A stretch of 64,000 nt of DNA from an uncultured Armatimonadetes bacterium (GTDB lineage: Bacteria; Armatimonadota; UBA5829; DTJY01): assembly GCA_963717145.1 (NCBI GenBank), contig OY970325.1, forward strand, positions 4,352,001 through 4,416,000, given 5' to 3'. The stretch's first letter is position 1; each line of letters opens with the position of its first letter. The notes beneath the pieces were generated by a model that worked only from the letters and a program-made list of their open reading frames with translations, did no database searches and was not told the origin of the DNA. The translations under genes were made by a program, and so were the position numbers. Below are positions 1-10,752 of the stretch, piece by piece.

Positions 1-750
1 AGCTGATTCGGCCTCAGGAATGACATAAATCACGACGAGTTCCGGCCGCTCGCTGCCCCATTCACTGCACCGGAAGTTGATGCCGCCGATGCTGTGGCCG
101 CCGATCGCCGTCCAGTCGAGCACGAGACCGTAGTTCTTGGTGGGGTTGTTCTGCCAGTATTGGCAGGCGGGGGTGACGTCCCACTCGTGCCAGCCGTTCA
201 CTTCCGTGCAGCGCTCAGTGTCTTCCAGCGTGTCGTGTCGGTCGGAGTTGGATCCCCGCGCGCCTGCTGTGGACCAGCCGACATACGGGTTGCAGGTCCG
301 ATAGACCCAGCACGCCCCGACTTCCAGTCCGCCCTCATCGCCGCCGGTGCCTTCCTGCCAGTTCGGCATGCATCGGTAGACCCCGACATCCAGCCAGTCT
401 CCAGTTGCGAAGTTGTAGGTTTCGAACTGGTAGAGCCTGAGGGTGGCCGACTTGATGCACGCGCCCGAAGGAAGCTGGCCCGTGAGATCGAACTTGATCA
501 GGGCGGTTCTGTCATGCGACGTTCGTTTCTGTACCCAGAACTCCTCGTCGGAGTTGCCGTAGTTGTAGTTGGGCGCATACTGGTCCAGGAACGTGTCGGT
601 GCAGCCTGAATAGCCGCCTGTCCCTTGTTTCAGGGTGATCGTCTGGGGCGTTGGTGAAGAAAGCGCGGTACCCAGACTCGCGCAAATCAGAGCGAGGGCG
701 AGGAGAGTGAGATGCGGCCCTCGAAACCGGCGCCAGCAGTAGCTTGGCAT
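1..750 (-). CDS. Secreted DNRLRE (CBM96-like) domain protein; 3' end lies outside the window
   Basis: Not in the ORF track. Translated by hand from ATG at 750 (RBS GGAGG): hydrophobic N-terminus, then TITLKQGTGGYSGCTDTFLDQ..NYG..RTALIKFDL..IKSATLRLY..WDVT..NYGLVL..RPELVVIY; open to base 1. Confidence 0.75.
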   Translation of the reverse strand, partial: MPSYCWRRFRGPHLTLLALALICASLGTALSSPTPQTITLKQGTGGYSGCTDTFLDQYAPNYNYGNSDEEFWVQKRTSHDRTALIKFDLTGQLPSGACIKSATLRLYQFETYNFATGDWLDVGVYRCMPNWQEGTGGDEGGLEVGACWVYRTCNPYVGWSTAGARGSNSDRHDTLEDTERCTEVNGWHEWDVTPACQYWQNNPTKNYGLVLDWTAIGGHSIGGINFRCSEWGSERPELVVIYVIPEAESA

Positions 751-825
751 GTTGGTCCCTCCCTGCAGAAGAGTTTGTGTTGCTCATTCTGGTTGCCCAT
801 GGGAAGGCAGGATCCCACTACTGCG

Positions 826-870
826 AGTCTACCAGGTGGGAGGGCAGGTGTCAACTGGTATAATTACCAG
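826..870 (-). promoter_or_regulatory. sigma70-type promoter TTGACA-17-TAGACT with the palindrome CTGGTATAATTACCAG (855-870) abutting the -35
   Basis: Plus-strand tgtcaa 849-854 and agtcta 826-831; palindrome read directly. Confidence 0.65.
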
Positions 871-878
871 TTCGGCGG

Positions 879-1886
879 CTACAGGACTTGGCTCAGCGCG
901 AGGTAGCAGAGCGCGCCGAGCAGCGCTGAGGTCGGCAGCGTCATCATCCATGCCAGCAGAATCTGTCCGACGATGCCCCATCGGACCGCGCTCAACCGCT
1001 TGGCAGAGCCGACCCCCATGATCGAGGACGATATCACGTGTGTTGTGCTGACGGGGGCATGCCAGAGAGTGGCGCTCAATACGACGAGCGCCGCAGCCGT
1101 CTCGGATGCGAATCCGTGTACCGGCTGCAGGCCCATGATCTTCTTGCCGACTGTCTTGATTATCCTCCAGCCGCCAACCGCAGTGCCGAGCGCCATCGCC
1201 GTTGCGCACGCAATCTTCACCCAGAGGGGAACGGTCACAGATCCCTGCATCCCCGCCACGACCAGTGCCATCGTAATGATGCCCATCGACTTCTGCGCGT
1301 CGTTCGATCCGTGAGTGAACGCCATCGAGAGCGCCGAGAAGACCTGGAGCACCTTGAAGTGCCTGTTCAACTTCGACGGCGCATGTTGAGCGAATATGTT
1401 CATGACGATGATCATCAGAACCGCGCCGCCGACAAACCCGGCGATCGGCGAAAAGATAAGCGAGGTGAATATCTTGTGCAGGCCCGCCATGTTCAACGCG
1501 CCGCCGCCCGCTGCCACGACTACCGCGCCGATGAGTCCGCCGATCAGCGCGTGTGACGAACTGCTCGGCAGTCCGAGCCACCATGTCGCGAGGTTCCAGA
1601 TGATCGCGCCGATGAGAGCCGACAACACGAGTAGTTGGCCGGTCGCGCCGGATACTGTCGTCGGATCGATTATTCCCGATCCAATGGTCTTGGCGACACC
1701 GGTCCAGATCATCGCGCCGATGAAGTTCATCAGCGCCGAAAGGACTATCGCGTTGCGTATGGACAGGGCTCTGGTCAGGACCGAGGTTGCAATGGCGTTG
1801 GCCGTGTCGTGAAAACCGTTGATGAAATCGAAACCGATGGCGAATACGACGACGGCGCCGAGAAGTATGATCTTGGTCTCAGGCAT
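879..1886 (-). CDS. pit: Inorganic phosphate transporter, PiT family
   Basis: GFHDTANAIAT, HGSNDAQK and PVSTTH motifs; multiple TM segments. Confidence 0.95.
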   Translation of the reverse strand: MPETKIILLGAVVVFAIGFDFINGFHDTANAIATSVLTRALSIRNAIVLSALMNFIGAMIWTGVAKTIGSGIIDPTTVSGATGQLLVLSALIGAIIWNLATWWLGLPSSSSHALIGGLIGAVVVAAGGGALNMAGLHKIFTSLIFSPIAGFVGGAVLMIIVMNIFAQHAPSKLNRHFKVLQVFSALSMAFTHGSNDAQKSMGIITMALVVAGMQGSVTVPLWVKIACATAMALGTAVGGWRIIKTVGKKIMGLQPVHGFASETAAALVVLSATLWHAPVSTTHVISSSIMGVGSAKRLSAVRWGIVGQILLAWMMTLPTSALLGALCYLALSQVL

Positions 1887-2508
1887 TCTTCACCACGATG
1901 CTTTCCAGAACATTCGCCACATCCTCGCACTTGTCGGTGGCTGTCTCCAGGCGGTCGAATATCTCCATCCACTTGGCGATCTCGAGTGGTTTTGTCTCTT
2001 CTTTGAACAACCTGCGGAGCGCCTTTCGCTGGATCTGATCGGCCTGGTTTTCCAGCTTGTTGATCTCGACGCACGGGTTCAGGATGGTGTCGATGTCCCT
2101 GAAGGTCGAAAGCCCGTGGATGCCGTCACGGATTTGCTTCGTCGACTCGATCAGGATCGCGGCCAACTCCGCGGCCTCCTCGCGAGGCGTCTCGACGCCG
2201 TAGAGCTTCATGCGATCCGCCGAGGCTTCGATATAATCGAGCACGTCGTCCAGGCCCGCAGCTAGTTCATGGATGTCTTCTCGGTCTATGGGGGTCACGA
2301 AGCTGGCGTCGAGTCTCCGGCATATGCCGTCGGTCGCGTCGTCGATCGACTTCTCCATCTCGCGAAGCACGCGGCACTTCTCGTCGACGTTCTGGTAGTC
2401 GGTGATCAAGTCGTGCAGGCAGACTGCGGCGTCGACGAGCACCTTCGCGATGTCGTCGAAGAGATCGAAGAAAGGTTCTTCGGTCGGCATGAAACGGAAT
2501 TTCTTCAC
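1879..2508 (-). CDS. DUF47 (PhoU-like) phosphate transport regulator, copy 2
   Basis: FVTPIDREDI, LENQAD and DKCEDVAN motifs; adjacent to pit. Confidence 0.92.
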   Translation of the reverse strand: MKKFRFMPTEEPFFDLFDDIAKVLVDAAVCLHDLITDYQNVDEKCRVLREMEKSIDDATDGICRRLDASFVTPIDREDIHELAAGLDDVLDYIEASADRMKLYGVETPREEAAELAAILIESTKQIRDGIHGLSTFRDIDTILNPCVEINKLENQADQIQRKALRRLFKEETKPLEIAKWMEIFDRLETATDKCEDVANVLESIVVKNA

Positions 2509-2523
2509 GGTTCGCCTCCTGCC

Positions 2524-3144
2524 CTAAGCGTTCTTGAGCATCACGGCTTCGATGATGTCGGCGACATCCTCGCACTTGTCGATGGCGGTCTCGATGTGAT
2601 CGTAGATCTCCCGCCACTTCAGGGCCTCGATCGGCTGGTCGTGCATCTGGAAGAGCTTCGAGAGCGCCTTGCGATTGGCCTGATCGCCTTCGTTCTCGAG
2701 CCGGTTGATCGAGACGCATGCCTCGCGTATCGCTTCCGAATTCTTCATATCGCGGAGTCCCGTGACCGCCTTGACGGTCAGGTCGGTGGCCTCCGCCAGA
2801 ATGGCGCACAGTTTCACCGCCGAATCCGTCGGCTCGGCAACCTCATACAGAGCCATTCGGTCCACAGCCGACTCGATGAAATCCATGATGTCGTCGAGCG
2901 CGCTGGTCAGGGCGTGGATGTCTTCGCGGTCGAGCGGCGTGACGAAGGTCATGTTCAGCTTCTTCAGGATCTCATGAGCGACCTCATCGGCGTCGTGCTC
3001 GACCGCCTTCATCTTGAACGCGGCGTCCTCTACGTCTTTGTAGTCAGTGACGAGCCCGACGAGGGTATGCGCCGCGTCGTTGACCATGTGCACCTGTTTG
3101 TCGAACAGATCGAAGAAGGCTCCCTGTTTCGGTAGGATTCTCAT
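2524..3144 (-). CDS. DUF47 (PhoU-like) phosphate transport regulator, copy 1
   Basis: FVTPLDREDI, LENEGD and DKCEDVAD motifs. Confidence 0.92.
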   Translation of the reverse strand: MRILPKQGAFFDLFDKQVHMVNDAAHTLVGLVTDYKDVEDAAFKMKAVEHDADEVAHEILKKLNMTFVTPLDREDIHALTSALDDIMDFIESAVDRMALYEVAEPTDSAVKLCAILAEATDLTVKAVTGLRDMKNSEAIREACVSINRLENEGDQANRKALSKLFQMHDQPIEALKWREIYDHIETAIDKCEDVADIIEAVMLKNA

Positions 3145-3378
3145 TGACTTTCACGCCTCCGCTCTTCACCGGCTCGTGGACTCACAACAAAGGGTCAGCA
3201 TTATCCCTGTGCTGACCCGTGTGCAGTTCCATGACTGAGTGTCGCATTGGATGTTCCATCGGTTTCATTTTGATGCCAAATCGCGCACATTATATCAACC
3301 GGCAGCCCGCAACGTCAACAGCACGTCAGGCAACAAATCCGTGGAACGATACGTATAGAATCCCAGGAGGTAACGCCA

Positions 3379-4353
3379 TTGAGAAGGATATCGCTACTAA
3401 TCGCCACGTTTCTTCTGTTCTCCGCCGCCGCATTGTTCGCTTCGGAGAGCGTCATCGTCAAAGCGCAGGAAGGAATCGCCTGCATCATCCCTGTATGGTC
3501 GCCGGACGGCCGCTCCATCGCCTATGTATCCAAACCGAGCGAGGGCGCGCCGAATATCATGCTCGCCGCTGTGTCAGGCGGCGCATGGAAGAGCCGCGTC
3601 CTCATCAAGGATGCACTCAACCCCGTGTGGTCGCCCACCTCGAAGCAGATCGCATGCCACAACAACGGCATGGTGATCGTCGACGTCGCAACCGGCAAGG
3701 TGCGACGTTTGACCACGAACGGACCAGAGAGTGTCTACTATGCCGAGGCGTGGTCGCCGAACGGGCGCTATCTACTGCACGAACTGGCGTGTTGCGGGTT
3801 TCCATATCTCGTGATGGACCTGAACACCGGCAAGAACGTGGGAAAGTCGGTCGGTGACGGGGGCGTATGGACAAACGCCGGGAAGCTGATCGCTTGGCAG
3901 TGCGGTGATGCTGCATCGGTCAAGCTGATCGACATTGCATCCGGAAGCTCGAGGGTGCTGCTCAAGGATTCATGTGCCGCCGGGGCATTCGTTCCCAAAG
4001 GCGATGCGTTCGCCTACCTTTGGCTGATGCCGAGTCCTGCGCGAGGCGAGGGGATCTATAAGGTGGCCCTGAAGACCGCCAAGCTTACGAAGTGCGTCGC
4101 CCTGCGGTCCGAGCAGGTCACCTGGAGCAAAGACGGCACGCAGTTCGCCTGCGTATCGAAGCTGATCCCAAAGAAGGGCGCAGAGCCCGAGATGAACCTC
4201 TACGTGGGCAACACCGCGAACTGGTACTTCAAGGTGGTCAGCAAGGGACTCGCGAGCCCGAGCCTGGTGGGAAGCGCGATCAGTTGGTCACCCGATGGCA
4301 AGTCGATCGTCTGCGCCACGGCCGACGGCGGCCTCAAGATCGTGAAGCTGTAG
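3379..4353 (+). CDS. Secreted TolB-like/PD40-repeat beta-propeller protein
   Basis: Signal peptide; repeated WSPDG/WSPNG/WSKDG motifs; RBS AGGAGG before TTG. Confidence 0.8.
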   Translation: MRRISLLIATFLLFSAAALFASESVIVKAQEGIACIIPVWSPDGRSIAYVSKPSEGAPNIMLAAVSGGAWKSRVLIKDALNPVWSPTSKQIACHNNGMVIVDVATGKVRRLTTNGPESVYYAEAWSPNGRYLLHELACCGFPYLVMDLNTGKNVGKSVGDGGVWTNAGKLIAWQCGDAASVKLIDIASGSSRVLLKDSCAAGAFVPKGDAFAYLWLMPSPARGEGIYKVALKTAKLTKCVALRSEQVTWSKDGTQFACVSKLIPKKGAEPEMNLYVGNTANWYFKVVSKGLASPSLVGSAISWSPDGKSIVCATADGGLKIVKL

Positions 4354-4365
4354 AAGCATCATCAT

Positions 4366-4444
4366 GTAGTGGCCGTGCCTCTGTGCCGGCCTGCTATGCC
4401 GGCCATACCGGCGCAGCAGGCCGGCACAGAGGCACGGCCACTAC
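4366..4444. repeat. GTAG-type REP-like inverted pair, family A (GTAGTGGCCGTGCCTCTGTGCCGGC); also at 7425-7488 and 13131-13195
   Basis: Three near-identical intergenic inverted pairs. Confidence 0.9.
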
Positions 4445-4459
4445 ATGACACTCAATGCC

Positions 4460-5608
4460 TTACCCCGCGTCCAGAGGCATCTCCTCCAGCTTGATGACCA
4501 CCATCTGCGAGTCGCCCATCCGCCAGATAGAGAGCTTCACTACATCGCCGACCTTGTGTTTGTTGATCTCAGTGATCAGCACGTCCGGGTTGGCGGTCTT
4601 CTTGTCGTCGATACTGGTGATGATATCGCCCTGCGTCAAGCCCTTTTTGGCGGCGGGACCGCCGGGGACGGTCTGCATCACCACGGCGCCGTCTCGGCTC
4701 TTGTAGCCATGCTGCTCATACCATGCCGCGAGGTCGCCGGAGATTCCGGCAAGCTGCACACCGAGCCACGGGCGGACGATCCGGCCCTTGTCGATGAGTT
4801 CTTTGGCGACCTTGCGCGCAGTGTTGCTCGGGATCGCGAACCCGATGCCGATGCTTCCCTGGCCTGGTTCTGTCGAGTAGATAGCGGTGTTGATGCCGAT
4901 AAGCTGCCCGTCGATATTCGCGAGTGCGCCGCCACTGTTGCCGCGATTGATCGCCGCATCCGTCTGGATCGCCTCTGCGAGAACCTTGCCCGGGCCGACG
5001 GGGAGGTCGGTCCTCTTGGTCGCGCTGACGACGCCCACAGTGACCGAGTTGCCGAATCCGAGCGGATTCCCCACCGCAATGGCCCAGTCGCCCGCGCGGA
5101 TGGCGCCGGAATCGCCGAACTGCGCCGCCGGGAGATTCCGGCCATCCACCTTGATGACCGCCAGGTCGGTTCGCGGGTCCCTGCCGATGATCCGGCCCTT
5201 GAAATGCCGCCCATCAGCGAGTCGGACGGTGATCTTCTTCGCGCCCTCGATGACGTGGTTGTTCGTCAGGATATACCCGTCGGTGCTGATGAGAACGCCG
5301 GATCCCTGGCCGATCACCTGCGTCTTCTGAGGGGCCATCGGGATGCCGAAAAGCTGCTCGAAGGGGCTTGTGACTTCCTGCTCGCCGATGGTGTCGATGT
5401 TCACCACCGCCGGGCCGAGCCGTGCGACCGCGTCGGCGATCACGTTGTCCTTCGCGCTCAGGATGCCGCGCGCCGGAGACCGGTTCAGAGTGGCGAGCAC
5501 GCCTCCTTTGCCGGGTGATATCGTGGTGTACCCGAGTTCCCTAAGGACCCAGCCGCACACCGCAAAGCCCAGAATGAAAACGAGTACGTATGGAATGAGT
5601 TTCTTCAT
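4460..5608 (-). CDS. HtrA/DegP-family serine protease with one PDZ domain
   Basis: TNNHV, DLAVIK and GNSGG catalytic motifs; N-terminal TM; C-terminal PDZ. Confidence 0.93.
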   Translation of the reverse strand: MKKLIPYVLVFILGFAVCGWVLRELGYTTISPGKGGVLATLNRSPARGILSAKDNVIADAVARLGPAVVNIDTIGEQEVTSPFEQLFGIPMAPQKTQVIGQGSGVLISTDGYILTNNHVIEGAKKITVRLADGRHFKGRIIGRDPRTDLAVIKVDGRNLPAAQFGDSGAIRAGDWAIAVGNPLGFGNSVTVGVVSATKRTDLPVGPGKVLAEAIQTDAAINRGNSGGALANIDGQLIGINTAIYSTEPGQGSIGIGFAIPSNTARKVAKELIDKGRIVRPWLGVQLAGISGDLAAWYEQHGYKSRDGAVVMQTVPGGPAAKKGLTQGDIITSIDDKKTANPDVLITEINKHKVGDVVKLSIWRMGDSQMVVIKLEEMPLDAG

Positions 5609-5611
5609 AGG

Positions 5612-6088
5612 TTAGCCTTCCGAATCGATGCTCCTGAGAACGTTCGCCATCTCGATGGCGGTCTCGGCTGCATCGAAGCCCTTGTTCCCGACCTTGGTGC
5701 CTGCGCGCTCGATCGCCTGCTCGATGGTGTCGGCGGTGATCACGCCGTATACTGCAGGTATACCCGATTGCAGGCCGATCTGAGCGATGCCCTTGGTGAC
5801 CTCGGCCGCCAGGTAGTCGAAGTGCGGGGTCGCGCCGCGGATCAGTGCGCCGAGGCAGATGACCGCATCGTACTTGCCGGAAGTCGCCATCTTCTGAGCC
5901 ACGATCGGGATCTCGAATGTGCCCGGCACCCACGCGACGTTTATGTTCTCATCAACGGCCCCGTGTCGGATCAGCGCATCGAGCGCTCCCGCCAGCAACT
6001 TGCCGGTGATGAACTCGTTGAACCTGCTCACGACGATACCGAATCTCAGTCCGTCTGCGAGCAGCTTGCCCTCGAATGTCTTTGCCAT
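5612..6088 (-). CDS. ribH: 6,7-dimethyl-8-ribityllumazine synthase
   Basis: [32 protein letters not shown]. Confidence 0.97.
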   Translation of the reverse strand: MAKTFEGKLLADGLRFGIVVSRFNEFITGKLLAGALDALIRHGAVDENINVAWVPGTFEIPIVAQKMATSGKYDAVICLGALIRGATPHFDYLAAEVTKGIAQIGLQSGIPAVYGVITADTIEQAIERAGTKVGNKGFDAAETAIEMANVLRSIDSEG

Positions 6089-6107
6089 TTCAACCTCCCG
6101 TGGGGAA

Positions 6108-6173
6108 AATTCGAAACTCGAAATCCGAAATCCGAAAGCAGGTTTCGAGTTTCGAATTTCGTGCTTCGAGTTT
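6108..6173. repeat. Heptamer (TCGAAAT/TCGAAAC-like) tandem run with inverted counterpart; related run at 60361-60390
   Basis: aattcgaaactcgaaatccgaaatccgaaa...tttcgagtttcgaatttcg. Confidence 0.8.
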
Positions 6174-7374
6174 ATGAATCCAGCAAGTGTCCGAGCTTGT
6201 CCTGCTTGGTGTCCAGATACCGCTGGTTCGCGCAGTTGGGCGTGATCACGAGCGGCACGCGCTCGACGATCTCCAGGTCATAGCCCTCGAGGCCCGCCAG
6301 CTTAGCCGGATTATTGGTCATATACCGAATCTTCTTGACGCCCAGGTCGAGCAGCACCTGCGCTCCGATGCCGTAATCCCGAAGGTCCGCCGGGAAGCCG
6401 AGCCGCTCGTTCGCCTCGACGGTGTCGAATCCCTGGTCCTGAAGTTCGTATGCCTTGAGCTTCTCGACCAGCCCGATGCCGCGGCCCTCCTGGTAGATGT
6501 AGACCAGCACGCCGCGTCCTTCCTCGGCGATCCTCTTCATCGCGCCTTCGAGCTGCTCACCGCACTCGCATCTCAGCGAATGGAGCACATCTCCGGTCAT
6601 GCAGCTCGAATGGATGCGCACGAGTACGGGCTTTCCGTCCGATACATCGCCCATCACCAGTGCTACATACGGATTATCCTCGATCGGAGTTTCGTAGGCG
6701 TGAAGCTTGAACTCGCCATACCTGGTCGGCAGGTAGGTCGTCGCCATTCGGGTCACGAGCTTCTCGGTCCGGCGGCGGTACTTGATCAGGTCGGCGATCG
6801 TGGCGATCTTCAGCCCGAACTTCTCGCCGATCTCCTGGAGTTCCGGCAGCCGCGCCATCGTGCCGTCCTCGCTCATGATCTCGCACAGCACGCCGCTCGG
6901 ATAGAGGCCCGCGAGCCGCGCGAAGTCGACGACCGCCTCAGTGTGACCCGCACGCTTCAAGACGCCGCCCTCTCGTGCGACGAGCGGGAAGATGTGTCCG
7001 GGCCGAGCCAGGTCCGACGGCCTGGTCGCCGGGTCGATACTCACCTTGATGGTATGCGCCCGATCGTAGGCGGAGATGCCGGTCGTCGTGCCGTGGACTG
7101 CATCGACGGTGACCGTGAATGGCGTCCCGAGGAGCGCCGTGTTCTGGCCGACCATCATCGAGAGGTTCAACTCCTCGGCGCGTTTCCTGGTCGTCGGCAG
7201 GCAGATCATACCCCGGCCGTGCTTGGCCATGAAGTTGATCGCGTCCGGCGTGACCTTTTCGGCGGCCATGATGAAGTCGCCCTCGTTTTCGCGGTCCTCA
7301 TCATCGACGACGATGAGGATTCGCCCCTCGCGTATTTCCTGTATCGCTTCTTCGATCGAGCAGAACTTGCCCAT
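6172..7374 (-). CDS. ribBA: Bifunctional DHBP synthase / GTP cyclohydrolase II
   Basis: [38 protein letters not shown]. Confidence 0.97.
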   Translation of the reverse strand: MGKFCSIEEAIQEIREGRILIVVDDEDRENEGDFIMAAEKVTPDAINFMAKHGRGMICLPTTRKRAEELNLSMMVGQNTALLGTPFTVTVDAVHGTTTGISAYDRAHTIKVSIDPATRPSDLARPGHIFPLVAREGGVLKRAGHTEAVVDFARLAGLYPSGVLCEIMSEDGTMARLPELQEIGEKFGLKIATIADLIKYRRRTEKLVTRMATTYLPTRYGEFKLHAYETPIEDNPYVALVMGDVSDGKPVLVRIHSSCMTGDVLHSLRCECGEQLEGAMKRIAEEGRGVLVYIYQEGRGIGLVEKLKAYELQDQGFDTVEANERLGFPADLRDYGIGAQVLLDLGVKKIRYMTNNPAKLAGLEGYDLEIVERVPLVITPNCANQRYLDTKQDKLGHLLDS

Positions 7375-7525
7375 GAATTCGTACTCGTACTCCTAATCGT
7401 AATCGTACTCGTCCGCCGGGCTGTGTAGTGGCCGTGCCTCCGTGCCGGCCAGGACGGTCACAGGCCGGCACGGAGGCACGGCCACTACACCGGATCCTTG
7501 GCGTCTTGGCGGTTCAGTAATCGGC

Positions 7526-8170
7526 TCACTCCAGGAACCCGCCCTTCTCGAGCAGGCCGAGCATCCGGTCATCGGAATCCGCCGATTTCCCCACAAACTT
7601 CAGTACGTATTTACCTATTATATCAGTTTCCACGTTCACTCTGCCACCCACGGCCCTTTCGCCGAGGGTCGTCGCCCCAAGCGTGTGCGGAATCACAGCC
7701 ACCGTGAACCAGTCGCGCCCGAAGTCGGCGATCGTCAGACTGATCCCGTCGACCGCAATCGAGCCCTTCTCGACGACGAACCGCATGACATCAGGAGTCG
7801 CCTCGAAGCGGAAGACGGTCTCCGCGCCGGACCTGCGGATCTCACGGATGACGCCGATCCCATCCACGTGGCCGAGCACCATATGCCCGCCCATGCGCGC
7901 GCCCGCCCGGAGCGCTCGTTCGAGGTTGACGGATTGTCCCGGCTTGAGTTCGCCCAGGGTGCTCCGGTCGACGGTCTCGTGCACGACATCGAACTCGATC
8001 TGCGCGCCCTTGATGGAGACAGCGGTGAGGCATACGCCGTTGACCGCGATGCTGTCACCGATCGCCGTGCCCTCCGAGACCACGCGAGCCTCGACGGTCA
8101 GCCTGAGCCCGCCTCCACTCGGCTGAGCGCGTATCACCTTGCCCTTTTCTTCGATCAGTCCTGTGAACAT
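7526..8170 (-). CDS. ribE: Riboflavin synthase
   Basis: MFTGLIEE start at 8170; GDSIAVNGVCLT, KGSIAVDGISLT. Confidence 0.96.
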   Translation of the reverse strand: MFTGLIEEKGKVIRAQPSGGGLRLTVEARVVSEGTAIGDSIAVNGVCLTAVSIKGAQIEFDVVHETVDRSTLGELKPGQSVNLERALRAGARMGGHMVLGHVDGIGVIREIRRSGAETVFRFEATPDVMRFVVEKGSIAVDGISLTIADFGRDWFTVAVIPHTLGATTLGERAVGGRVNVETDIIGKYVLKFVGKSADSDDRMLGLLEKGGFLE

Positions 8171-8191
8171 GCTGGCATTCCATTTCCGGAA

Positions 8192-8276
8192 GCAGAGATC
8201 GCTGTAGGGGCGTGCCTTGTGCCGCCCGGTCCCACGTTGCGGGCGGCACAAGGCACGCCCCTACAGCGATCTCTGC
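8192..8276. repeat. GTAG-type REP-like inverted pair, family B, overlapping the ribD stop
   Basis: gcagagatcgctgtaggggcgtgccttgtgccgcc...ggcggcacaaggcacgcccctacagcgatctctgc. Confidence 0.85.
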
Positions 8277-9364
8277 GGTCCAAACTCAAATTCCAGTGCC
8301 ACGTCATCCCCGAAGCGGCGGATGAGCGGCTTCGAAGTGGTGAGTGCATCGGCCATCGATTCGATGCCCTCGCCCTCGACCGGCGACTTCGCGTCCCGGC
8401 CGCCGACGATCTTCGGCGAGATGAAGATCAGCCCTCGGTCGACGACCCCCGCCGCGATCATCGAGGCGGCAAGCTCTCCGCCGCCCTCCAGCAAAACGCT
8501 GTGGATCCCCATGTTGCCGAGCTTTCGGAGGAGGCATCCCGGGTCGATCAAGCTGCCGTTGTCATTCACCTGCAGGACACGGATGCCGGCGCCCCTGAGC
8601 CTGTCGACATTCTCGTCCGGAGCGCCCTTAGTGGTGACAACGAGCGTCGGCGCTTCGTCACTCAGCACCCTGGCGCTCAATGGTATCCGCCCCTCGCTGT
8701 CCACTACTATCCTTATCGGCTGGTCCTTGGCGGTCTTGGCATCTTGGCGGTTGGTCAAAGCCGGATCATCCATCAGCACCGTCCCGATGCCGACCATGAT
8801 CGCGTCCGACTGACTTCGAAGCCGGTGGACGTGTGCCCTCGACTTCTCGCCGGTGACCCAGCGGGAGTCGCCGGTCCGAGTCGCGATCTTGCCATCGAGC
8901 GTCATCGCCGCCTTCCAGAGCACGAACGGCCGCCCGCAGGTCACCCACTTGATGAACCCGCGATTCAGTTCCCGCGCCTCGGCCTCGAGCAGCCCGACCT
9001 CGACCTCGATCCCCGCCGAGCGGAGTGTCTCGATCCCCTTGCCGGCGACCTCGGGGAACGGATCGACCATCGCGGCATAGACTTTTGTTATCCCCGCCGC
9101 GATGATGGCTTCCGTGCACGGCCCGGTCTTCCCATGGTGACAGCACGGCTCCAGGGTGACATAAAGCTCTGCGCCCTTCGCCACATCGCCCGCCGACTGG
9201 AGCGCGAAGACCTCCGCGTGAGGCTCTCCCGCCCGGGGGTGATATCCCTCGCCAACGATCCGCCCGTCTCGAACGACCACGGCCCCGACCATCGGGTTGG
9301 GGCTCGTTCGCCCGCGCCGCGCGATCGTCAACGCTCGTTTCATGTATTGGCTATCGTCCGCCAT
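8261..9364 (-). CDS. ribD: Riboflavin deaminase/reductase
   Basis: SPNPMVG, PHAE, TLEPCCH..PC, EGGG; start at MADDSQYM. Confidence 0.96.
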   Translation of the reverse strand: MADDSQYMKRALTIARRGRTSPNPMVGAVVVRDGRIVGEGYHPRAGEPHAEVFALQSAGDVAKGAELYVTLEPCCHHGKTGPCTEAIIAAGITKVYAAMVDPFPEVAGKGIETLRSAGIEVEVGLLEAEARELNRGFIKWVTCGRPFVLWKAAMTLDGKIATRTGDSRWVTGEKSRAHVHRLRSQSDAIMVGIGTVLMDDPALTNRQDAKTAKDQPIRIVVDSEGRIPLSARVLSDEAPTLVVTTKGAPDENVDRLRGAGIRVLQVNDNGSLIDPGCLLRKLGNMGIHSVLLEGGGELAASMIAAGVVDRGLIFISPKIVGGRDAKSPVEGEGIESMADALTTSKPLIRRFGDDVALEFEFGPQRSL

Positions 9365-9707
9365 GGTTGTCCTTGTACGCTGCGACGAGTTCGTCGATCT
9401 TCTGCCTCTCCTTGGGGTCAACGAGTGGGCCGACGAAGAGCTTGACCACACCCAGCACCGCCATGGCGATCATTACCAGCAGTCCGTACCGGATGAACTT
9501 CCCTACATCAACATAGTGCTGGTGAGCACCTGACCAGTAGAGCCCGAAGTACACCCCCAGGAGCGCCAACCAGACGACCTTGTCCAAAACATGGAGCAAC
9601 GTCTGGCCGACGGTCTCCGCTCCACGGCGGAATGACCTAACGTGGGCAACGATGTTGATTGCAGAGGCGAGTGCCAACACCGCGAAGACGACGTACATCC
9701 AGTCCAT
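9351..9707 (-). CDS. Small hypothetical membrane protein (cargo Z)
   Basis: AGGAGG RBS before ATG 9707; about 3 hydrophobic segments; overlaps the ribD start. Confidence 0.7.
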   Translation of the reverse strand: MDWMYVVFAVLALASAINIVAHVRSFRRGAETVGQTLLHVLDKVVWLALLGVYFGLYWSGAHQHYVDVGKFIRYGLLVMIAMAVLGVVKLFVGPLVDPKERQKIDELVAAYKDNHGGR

Positions 9708-9786
9708 GCTGAGTCCTCCTGTGAAGCACATGGTGCATCGAGATAACCAGGGTGGGGGGCTTGGAACAAGCTCTCTCCATCTACCA

Positions 9787-10358
<572 letters not shown>

Positions 10359-10362
<4 letters not shown>

Positions 10363-10748
10363 GCCGATCCACCATCTGTGGAATCTGCCTCATCGGCGCA
10401 GTCTGCGCTTCTCAACACTTCGAAGCTCTGCTTCCTCTCCTCGCCGAAGCGGAGCGCCACCTGCTTCATATCCGCCAGCGTCATCAGCACAACGGCCACA
10501 GAGAGTGAGAAGCAGAAGGTCCACCAGCCGATCGCCGCCAGCGGGTTGTACGCCCGAGCCGGCCCGTCGCCGATCAGGATCATCGCGAGGATGATGAGGA
10601 TGAAGGCAGCCGACGTGACGCGCAGGACCTTCTGCCTGTGATTGACTAGCCGCGCGCCGGTGACCCAGCCGTGGATATCGACGCTGAGAAGCACGATCAC
10701 CAGCACCATACCCAGGCCGAGCAGTACCTGAAGCACCGGCGATTCCAT
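10359..10748 (-). CDS. Hypothetical membrane protein (gene X)
   Basis: GAGGTGA RBS; 3 TM segments and a charged C-terminus. Confidence 0.75.
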
Positions 10749-10752
10749 GGCA

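Noticed and set aside
3220-3270. Pho boxes upstream of DUF47-pit
   Set aside because: The GTT(C/T)CAT-like words are not on a consistent 11-bp period
7442-9445. Long plus-strand ORFs antisense to rib, htrA, groEL and other genes
   Set aside because: Typical high-GC shadow ORFs with no recognisable motifs
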